In this document: piece after piece, positions 56,957 through 64,000 of the stretch | How positions within the stretch are numbered: position 1 is the first letter of the stretch | How the letters are laid out: every line of letters starts with the position of its first letter | Source: Naegleria gruberi | Lineage: Eukaryota | DNA length: 64,000 nt | Strand: one strand, 5' to 3' | NCBI GenBank assembly: GCA_000004985.1 | Contig: GG738880.1 | Position numbers and translations under genes: made by a program | Notes under the pieces: generated by a model | What the model was told of the DNA's origin: nothing | What the model saw: only the letters and a program-made list of their open reading frames with translations | Database searches by the model: none

Positions 56957-57060
56957 TTTTTTTGATCTTCTTCCCAATCAAAATGGAACTTTGAAAGAAA
57001 ATGGCTGATTGATGTATTTAAATTTTCATTGATTTTTTAATATAATTATTGTAAAATAAT

Positions 57061-57728
57061 TTACAATTGTTCTTCATAAATGTTTAATTCGACATTGAAC
57101 ATGTCTCCAAATCTAATTACCATTTTGCCTGGTTTGGTGGCTTTTAATTTTACAAAATAGAAAAATTCCACATCATCTCCTTGTAAAATATCCATTGTCG
57201 AATCAGCTTCCTAAATTAGTAAATTGTATTATTTTAAAATAAATAATTAAATAATTATTAATAAATCCTCACCTTTGATAAAACTTCCGAACTAACAATC
57301 ACACAACTTGCCGAATATTCCTGTGATTCATCAAAGTTCGGATTTAAAAAGTCTGAAATTGTATGGCTCTTAAAACTTGATGAAGAATCCTCGAGTTGAG
57401 CAGGTGGTTTTGGCTCTCTAATCTTGTACAAATCTCCCTTTGTATATTTATTTGATGAATAATACACTACAAAATATTTAATAATATTTAAATATATTAT
57501 AATATTACAAAAAATAATATCATCCAATTATGATCATAATTTTACTTCCTGATAATCAATATTATTAAACCTACCATCAATTTCCGATCCAACACTTTTT
57601 ACTATTGAAATTTGTTTAACTTGTTTTCTATTTTCCAAAGCACCTAAAAATACAGCTTCCTTCCTTCTCTTTTCCAATTCCATGTTTTGTTTGGAGAGGG
57701 AGGAGAGATTTGATCGTGATGAGAACAT
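57061..57728 (-). CDS. Small hypothetical protein of about 165 aa. Proposed exons: 57728..57575, 57466..57273, 57210..57061.
   Basis: Three short ORF pieces are joined by GTAGGT...TTTGTAG (108 nt) and GTGAGG...AATTTAG (62 nt) introns. The phases are consistent and the translation is continuous (MFSSRSNLSS...SEIDG|VYYSSNKYTKGDLYKIREPKPP...EVLSK|EADSTMDILQGDDVEFFYFVKLKATKPGKMVIRFGDMFNVELNIYEEQL*). No family is recognised. Confidence 0.4.
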
Positions 57729-58048
57729 TTTTTTTGAGATGGAAGCTGGTGAGTTTCGAATGTTGATGAAGAATGTTTCCTTCTTTGAACTTGTTTTTGT
57801 CAGTGAATTTAAATGATTGATTCAAGATCTCAAAAGAATTGAAATATAACATAATATCAATACACTACTTTCAATATTGTAAAGAAAAGAAATGCATTAT
57901 GATTGGTGTCTGTAACATTTCGTTCACCTTCTCAAACAAATATTCCATAACGGCCAAAATTATCCAAGCGAAACTTTTCGTTCACTTTCCATCATCATAA
58001 AAAAGACAAACAACCTAACCGTCCAGACCTAACCACCAATTCATCATC

Positions 58049-58492
58049 ATGTCATTCAAAATATTCACTTCCTCACAATCCATCTTCATAGTGGCCATTC
58101 TATGCCTCTTCCTTCCACTCCTCATCAATGCCGAAGTTTTGCCACCTCACAAGAGACCTTTCCCAGCAGCAAGCATTGTTGCAGCATGTATTGCAGGTGG
58201 CATTGTTTTGGCGGGAATGACTTTGGCCTTTTTGTTGGCTCTCCCTCGTGTCTTGTTGTATTTGAGAAATAAGTTTGTTGTCGAGGAGGAGGAAGATGAA
58301 GAGGAGAATCAAGATGCCGCTCAAGTGGCCAATAATTCGGTTGTTGCAGGTGGCAGTACCGGTAATGCAAATGTTTCTGCAACTACGGTAAATGGCGGGA
58401 ATAATGTAGAGTTGAAGAGTGTGAGTTCTTCGGGATTGTCGAATAATTCATCAAGTGTTGTGCATTCATCGGCTGCCAATTTGGATAATTAA
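58049..58492 (+). CDS. Small type I membrane protein with a signal peptide, one TM helix and an acidic, Asn/Ser-rich tail
   Basis: A 147-codon ORF with a signal peptide (MSFKIFTSSQSIFIVAILCLFLPLLINA) and a TM helix (IVAACIAGGIVLAGMTLAFLLAL), followed by EEEEDEEEN.... No homologue is recognised. Confidence 0.35.
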   Translation: MSFKIFTSSQSIFIVAILCLFLPLLINAEVLPPHKRPFPAASIVAACIAGGIVLAGMTLAFLLALPRVLLYLRNKFVVEEEEDEEENQDAAQVANNSVVAGGSTGNANVSATTVNGGNNVELKSVSSSGLSNNSSSVVHSSAANLDN

Positions 58493-58838
58493 AATGTGAA
58501 GTGAAATTTAATTGTATAATAAATATGTTTTAGATAATGAAATTGTTTGAAAATATTAAAAATTAATTTTTCCAATTTAGGATTGTAATAATATTATAGA
58601 TGTTGGTATTTACAATTTAAATTTAAAAAAATTTCATCAATTTCATCGTGTGATTGTTATGTAACTTTTAAAAATTTCATCAATTTCATTGAAATGGAGG
58701 TAACCTAGTAAATAATCGCTCTAGTATTCTAATTAATTAACTATTTAAAGAGGAATGTTGTTTTCGGAGCAGCTTTATATTAAAAAAAGAGCCTAAATTA
58801 ATCTTCTGATCAATTAATAATAATAATAGAAGAAAATA

Positions 58839-61800
58839 ATGTTGGGAATGATTAGGAACTACATACACGAATTTAAAGAAAATGTATTTTGCTCTTGGAT
58901 TTGGCCTGATTTACTTGATCCGATCAAGAATTCGTCTAAAGGGTTCAAAGTCTATGAGAAGGAAAATTTGAATGTTAGAGAGGCAACCACAGAGGAGCAA
59001 TCATATTATGAACATCAATTCAAACTCATTAAAGAAGCAACTGTTGGTATGGAGTTTAATGTTGATGATAATTTAAGCAACAATAGGGAGATGACAGATT
59101 CAACGATGAGCATTGGTAAAACAATTGTCTTGTTGCATAGATTGGTGGGTTGGGTTTTGATTCAAATGATTGGGGTGACTCTGTTCATTAAATTGTGTGA
59201 TAGTGTTGCCTTGTATATGAAGAGAAGGGTGTTTGAGTTGTTTGAGAAGGAAAATATTGAAAGCTCTGACTTGCTGTGGTCTGCCACCTTTTATTTGAAG
59301 ATGGAATTCATTTTCAAGAACTTGAACAGATTCTCTGATAATTATGTTTACATGAAGCAAAATTACAGAAAAACTGTAATCTCAAATAGTATGCAAAGTA
59401 TGGTACTGAGAAAATTATCAAAACTGAGCTACATCCAAAAGTTGACCAAGTTCAATTTTGGAATAGTGGATACAATATTAGAGCAAGATGTTCAGTCGGT
59501 GTGCTCTAACATGTATGATCTCCCACGTTTCTATTCACATATTTTCTATGTTTTGCTATGTGTACTTGCTATATATGATTTGGTTGGATTTAAAGCTACT
59601 TTGATAGGCATGCTATTTCTTTTTGTCTCCTCTCCATTTTACTATCATTGTTTGAAGAAACGAGAGGCCAATTCTGATAGAATTACAAAATTGTGTGATC
59701 AGAAATCTAGTACATTATCCCAGTTTATTCAATCTATTCGATTGATCAAAATTTACACATTGGAAAATAGATTTGTTGAGAAGATTTCTAAAATTCAAGA
59801 ATCCTTCAAGATTCATATGAAATCGACAGAATTTCTTAATTTTATTATTGATGCAATTTACTTTGTACAGAGTTTTGTTGTATCATCATTGTGCTTTTTT
59901 ATTTACTGCTACATTGATGAAAATCCTCTCAAGTTGAGCACAGCCCTTACAGTTGTTACATTAGCAGACTCCCTAAAGTATCCTTTATATGCAATTTCCA
60001 GAAATTTTCAATCAATTATGAATAAGAGGCTTGCCATTCGAAGACTTGGTCATTTATTGAATAGTCCAGAACATTCACAGCACAAGAATCATACTGATTC
60101 TTCAATTGTTGAGATGGAAAATGTTTGTGCTAGTTGGTCTATATCTGAAGAGGATGATACAAATTATTGCATCCAAGATGTTAGCACAACAATCAAAAAG
60201 GGCGAACATATTGGTATTATTGGCAAAGTTGCTAGTGGTAAGAGTTCATTGATTTGCTCTATATTGAATGAAACGCATATCGCAGAGGGTATTGTAAGGA
60301 TTAAGGAAAATTTGAAAATTTCATATGTTTCTCAATCACCTTGGATTAGAAATTCTACAATCAAGGAAAACATTATTTTTGGATGTGCAAACTTTGACAA
60401 GAGCAGATATGAACGTGCATTATTTGCTGCTGACTTTAAATCTGATGTTGAGGAAATGCCAAATGGTCATGATCAAGTAATTGGAGAGCGTGGAATTAAT
60501 TTGAGTGGAGGTCAAAAGACAAGATTAGCACTTGCCAGAGCACTTTATCACAATTCTGATTTATACATTTTTGATGATATTTTTTCAGCAGTTGACATTC
60601 ATACAGCTGACAACATCATTAAGAGAGTATTTGTTGGGGAAAACGCCTTCCTTAAAGATAAGACCGTTATTCTTTCTACTCACTTACTTAAATTAATTCC
60701 TCACATGGATAGAACAATAGTTATGGATAAGGGGAGAATAGTTTTACAAGGTAATTATGACTTTTTGATTGGAAAATTGGAAGAAACTGTGGCTTTACGT
60801 GAGCTCTTTGAATCGGCTACCCATTCTGTTAACAGCAATATAGAAGAAAATCAAGAAAAAACCTCCCAAGACAAAGCACTTGATGAAGAAGAAGAGGAAA
60901 GAGAACCTGAACAAGCTGAAGTATCACAAGCTGATACATCCCAAGCCGACGGTCCTTCATTCTCTCTCATTAGACAATTTTTATTCTCAATTCCCAAGAG
61001 TGCAATTTATCTCTCTGCACTGGTTGCCTTTTCTCTTCTTGAGCCTGTTTCAGGAATTCTTAAAGACTATATATTATCTGAATGGTCAACTGATGAGGAG
61101 TTTATTTATCACTCACTCACATTTTACTTGATAATGTACATTTCACAAGGCTTTATCCAAATGTTTGCAATTACCTTGATCACTCATATTTCTAATAATT
61201 TCTTATATGAACTTGCTGATGTGTTCCAAGAAAAGTTAATCTTACAAATATCAAGAACAAAGCTCAGACACTTTGAAGATATTCCAAGTGGAAAAATTTT
61301 GGACAATATTAGATATATCAATGAAATTAGAGATAATATTAGTTTTAGGTTGCGAGATTTGCTGAGAAATAGTTGGCAAGCTATTTGTTCAACTTTTGTT
61401 GTTATTTATTCATTGCCTCTTTCAATACTAATGCTTTTCGTGTCTGTTCCAATCACAAATTATTTCAGAGGTGTCTATACGGATGTTTCTAACAAAATTG
61501 AACAAATCCAAACTGATTTTCATGATCCAACTCCAACAATTAGTGCGGAAATGTTAGATGGTTTGGAGACAATTAGAAGCTATGGTGTTGAGAAATTTGA
61601 ACATCTCATCAACGACATTAGAACTCAAAAAAAGCCAGTTAATAGCCTAGCATACTGTAAGGAACTTGCATTTTTTTGGTTTTATGCTAGGAATGACTTT
61701 TTCAGAATATTAATTTCCTCCCTTAGTGTTCTTGGAATATTCTTCTATTATTTTTGGAACTATGATCCAAACGCCAATATCAAAATAATTCAGATCACAA

Positions 61801-62729
61801 TAAGCTTATTCTATGTGAGAACTTCACAATTGGTCAGAAGTACAGAGAGGATCATGCATACACTCACCAAGGCAAGAACCTCATTTAATTGTGTTCAAAG
61901 AGTCCAGAAATTTTCAAATTCTATCCAAGAGGAAAATTATGGAGATGACAAAAAATCTCTCATTCAAGAAAGCACTTCTGACGAAGGATTGAGTGTTAGT
62001 TTTGATAATATTTCTATGAAATATCGTGAAGAACAAGATTTAGTTATCAAGAATGTAACATTTAGTGTTGCTCCCGGCAGCAAATGTGCAATTGTTGGTA
62101 GAACAGCAAGTGGGAAATCCTCATTATTCAATTGCTTGTTAAGGTTCCAAGAAATTGAGAATGCTAATAACAGTGGAATTTATTTGAATGGAACTGATGT
62201 GAGAGATATTTCATTACGCACTTTGAGAACATCTATTTCCTTCATTCCTCAATCCCCAGTGCTATTTTTGGGAACTTTGAGAGAAAACCTCGACTTTAAT
62301 AATTATAATACTGATGAGGAAATTTGGCGTGCTATTGAACAGGTTGGAATTGATAAATTACTCGAAAGAAAGGTCTGCAAAGATAATCCAAACATTAAGG
62401 AAATTTTAGACTATTCAATTTCTGAAAATGGAAGCAACTTTTCATGTGGAGAAAAACAATTAATCTGCTTGGCTAGAAGTATTTTGAAAAAATCCAAATT
62501 ACTTTTAATGGATGAAGCCACAGCCAATGTTGACTCATTCACCGATTCTCAAATTCAAAAGACTCTTCGTGGGCCACTATTCAACAATTGCACCATCATT
62601 ACCATTGCTCACAGAATTGAAACTGTTAAAGATTATGATAGAATTATCTTGATGAAATTGGGAGAAATTGAAATGAATGATACTCCATCTCGAGTTTTAC
62701 AATACTATGTAGAGAATTACAATCAATAA
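58839..62729 (+). CDS. ABC transporter, C subfamily (MRP-like), full transporter TMD-NBD-TMD-NBD
   Basis: A single 1296-codon ORF. NBD1 has Walker A (GKVASGKSS), the signature (LSGGQKTRLALARAL) and Walker B (IFDDIFSAVD). NBD2 has Walker A (GRTASGKSSLF), a degenerate signature (FSCGEKQLICLARSIL) and Walker B (LLMDEATANVD). There are two six-helix membrane domains. Confidence 0.8.
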   Translation: MLGMIRNYIHEFKENVFCSWIWPDLLDPIKNSSKGFKVYEKENLNVREATTEEQSYYEHQFKLIKEATVGMEFNVDDNLSNNREMTDSTMSIGKTIVLLHRLVGWVLIQMIGVTLFIKLCDSVALYMKRRVFELFEKENIESSDLLWSATFYLKMEFIFKNLNRFSDNYVYMKQNYRKTVISNSMQSMVLRKLSKLSYIQKLTKFNFGIVDTILEQDVQSVCSNMYDLPRFYSHIFYVLLCVLAIYDLVGFKATLIGMLFLFVSSPFYYHCLKKREANSDRITKLCDQKSSTLSQFIQSIRLIKIYTLENRFVEKISKIQESFKIHMKSTEFLNFIIDAIYFVQSFVVSSLCFFIYCYIDENPLKLSTALTVVTLADSLKYPLYAISRNFQSIMNKRLAIRRLGHLLNSPEHSQHKNHTDSSIVEMENVCASWSISEEDDTNYCIQDVSTTIKKGEHIGIIGKVASGKSSLICSILNETHIAEGIVRIKENLKISYVSQSPWIRNSTIKENIIFGCANFDKSRYERALFAADFKSDVEEMPNGHDQVIGERGINLSGGQKTRLALARALYHNSDLYIFDDIFSAVDIHTADNIIKRVFVGENAFLKDKTVILSTHLLKLIPHMDRTIVMDKGRIVLQGNYDFLIGKLEETVALRELFESATHSVNSNIEENQEKTSQDKALDEEEEEREPEQAEVSQADTSQADGPSFSLIRQFLFSIPKSAIYLSALVAFSLLEPVSGILKDYILSEWSTDEEFIYHSLTFYLIMYISQGFIQMFAITLITHISNNFLYELADVFQEKLILQISRTKLRHFEDIPSGKILDNIRYINEIRDNISFRLRDLLRNSWQAICSTFVVIYSLPLSILMLFVSVPITNYFRGVYTDVSNKIEQIQTDFHDPTPTISAEMLDGLETIRSYGVEKFEHLINDIRTQKKPVNSLAYCKELAFFWFYARNDFFRILISSLSVLGIFFYYFWNYDPNANIKIIQITISLFYVRTSQLVRSTERIMHTLTKARTSFNCVQRVQKFSNSIQEENYGDDKKSLIQESTSDEGLSVSFDNISMKYREEQDLVIKNVTFSVAPGSKCAIVGRTASGKSSLFNCLLRFQEIENANNSGIYLNGTDVRDISLRTLRTSISFIPQSPVLFLGTLRENLDFNNYNTDEEIWRAIEQVGIDKLLERKVCKDNPNIKEILDYSISENGSNFSCGEKQLICLARSILKKSKLLLMDEATANVDSFTDSQIQKTLRGPLFNNCTIITIAHRIETVKDYDRIILMKLGEIEMNDTPSRVLQYYVENYNQ

Positions 62730-62820
62730 TAAACAAAAAGATTGAAAATGGAAATCTTCATCTGTGTGAACGATGTCAAAAATGGAACTTTTAATGTGAA
62801 ATTCAATTTTACTACTAATA

Positions 62821-62989
62821 TCACTACCAGGTAAGCTATTAAAAACTAGTGTAGCGATTCTTGCTTATTGCCTGTGGCGGACTGATGTTGGGATGTATCC
62901 GAAGTAAGTGGCGGAAAAGTTAACACAGACTGAAACCAGTGGCGGTACACCAGTTTTTGCTTGGGTGATTGAATCTTATCTGGTAGTGA
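62821..62989. repeat. 169-bp element bounded by a perfect 10-bp inverted repeat (TCACTACCAG ... CTGGTAGTGA) that contains three spaced GTGGCGG repeats; a candidate structured ncRNA or miniature inverted-repeat element
   Basis: The inverted repeat is at 62821-62830 and 62980-62989. GTGGCGG occurs at 62874, 62908 and 62939. This is a local GC-rich island in otherwise AT-rich intergenic DNA between the ABCC stop and the tubulin start. Confidence 0.35.
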
Positions 62990-63246
62990 AAATCCGAAAA
63001 TTTTGGATTCATGTTAATTTCTGTAGTTTAGAAAGGCGCATTCACTTCTCATTGTAACCAAACTTAACTTCCCGCCAACACCAATCACATTTCACATCTT
63101 GGCGCCTTTTCTCGAACCGTTACACACAAAAAATCACATAAATCCTCCACAACCTGCCACCTTTCACACCAACAAAAAAAAAATAACATTACACTTCTCA
63201 TTATAAGAAGCTAGTATAAACTAAACTAAACTAATCCAAACTAAAG

Positions 63247-64000
63247 ATGAGAGAAATTATCAATATTCACATTGGTCAAGCCGGTATCCAAGCTGGTGAA
63301 CAAGTCTGGTCCTTGATGTGTGCCGAACATGCAATCAACCAAGATGGTACTCGTAACATTGACTCTACCAATGGCAACTCTGATTGTTCAGTTTTATTCA
63401 GTGAATCTGCTCGTGGTCGTTACGTTCCACGTAATTTGATGGTTGACTTGGAACCATCAGTTGTTGACAGTGTCAGAAATAGTTCTTTCAAGGAATTGTA
63501 TCATCCAGCTCAAATGATTACTGGTCGTGAAGATGCTGCTAATAATTTTGCACGTGGTCATTATACTGTTGGTAAAGACATGTTGGATGTGACTGTTGAC
63601 AGATTGAGAAAGATTGCTGATAATTGTACTTCATTGCAAGGATTCCAAATTTTCCATTCAGTTGGTGGTGGTACTGGTTCTGGATTTGCTTCACTTTTAG
63701 TTGAAAGACTTTCAGTTGAATTCCCAAAGAAATGTAAACTTTCGTATACAGTTTATCCATCTCCTCAATTGGCCACTTCAGTTGTTGAACCATACAATTC
63801 AGTCTTGTCAACTCATTCCTTATTAGAACACAATGATATCTCAGTTGTTTTGGACAACCAAGCCATTTACGATATTTGTAAACAACGTTTAAAGATTGAA
63901 AGAGCAAATTATCGTAATTTAAATCACGTCATTTCTCAAACAGTTTCTGCCATTACCTGCTCATTGAGATTCTCTGGATCATTGAATGTAGATATGAATG
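63247..64000 (+). CDS. Alpha-tubulin, divergent paralogue (5' portion; the CDS continues past the window end)
   Basis: The ATG is at 63247. The translation is [34 protein letters not shown]...[112 protein letters not shown]. The alpha-tubulin signature after the GGGTGSG loop is present, but the N-terminal region is unusually divergent. The gene does not appear in the ORF track because it runs off the window end. Confidence 0.88.
   Translation, partial: MREIINIHIGQAGIQAGEQVWSLMCAEHAINQDGTRNIDSTNGNSDCSVLFSESARGRYVPRNLMVDLEPSVVDSVRNSSFKELYHPAQMITGREDAANNFARGHYTVGKDMLDVTVDRLRKIADNCTSLQGFQIFHSVGGGTGSGFASLLVERLSVEFPKKCKLSYTVYPSPQLATSVVEPYNSVLSTHSLLEHNDISVVLDNQAIYDICKQRLKIERANYRNLNHVISQTVSAITCSLRFSGSLNVDMN

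Noticed and set aside
1-64000. A prokaryotic reading of the window (operons, CRISPR arrays, integrative elements)
   Set aside because: Spliceosomal introns with GTAAGT donors, histone and tubulin genes, a kinesin, an F-box gene family and a eukaryotic gene architecture throughout make a bacterial or archaeal origin untenable. No direct-repeat/spacer array was seen.

Overview
This 64 kb window is nuclear DNA from an AT-rich eukaryote with compact gene spacing, not a prokaryote. Evidence: long open reading frames separated by very AT-rich spacers, many short (about 40-110 nt) GTAAGT...AG introns, poly-Asn, poly-Ser and poly-Met tracts, and a 50-N assembly gap that marks a draft scaffold. The best guess is a dictyostelid-type social amoeba (Amoebozoa), but I cannot name the species. 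I recognise about 30 protein-coding genes on both strands.

Genes I can name with reasonable support:
- a very large membrane cyclase (12 predicted TM helices, a PAS-like domain, one class III cyclase domain)
- a secreted GH65-type glycosidase
- a PH-domain protein
- choline/ethanolamine kinase
- an OCRL-like inositol 5-phosphatase with a RhoGAP domain
- mitochondrial ribosomal protein L4
- a secreted esterase of the PHB-depolymerase family
- a CN-hydrolase (nitrilase-superfamily) fusion protein
- two adjacent F-box proteins (one with LRRs, one with Sel1 repeats) and a third F-box-like gene further on
- an SDF2-like MIR-domain protein
- a CCCH zinc-finger methyltransferase
- an N-terminal-motor kinesin with a long coiled coil
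- a second SAM-dependent methyltransferase
- a WDR74/Nsa1 homologue
- a single intronless histone H3 gene
- a giant EGF-repeat surface glycoprotein (about 2200 aa)
- two tandem CAP/PR-1-domain genes
- a bacterial-type RtcB RNA ligase with a mitochondrial-like presequence
- an ABCC (MRP-type) transporter
- the 5' part of a divergent alpha-tubulin gene

There are no rRNA, tRNA or CRISPR features, and no clear transposon. All exon/intron boundaries were inferred by eye and are approximate. The supplied ORF track uses GTG/TTG as starts, so I moved starts to the first plausible ATG where I could.

The observations most worth a second look:
- the single-catalytic-domain, AC-type 12TM-PAS-cyclase
- the bacterial-type RtcB with a presequence and an intron
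- the circularly permuted (type-2) PHB-depolymerase-like esterase
- the tandem CAP genes, whose reading frames conflict or overlap
- a 10-bp inverted-repeat-bounded element carrying three GTGGCGG repeats just upstream of tubulin
- a 1.5 kb non-coding, non-AT-rich island
- an over-represented TTCGAATA(G) word
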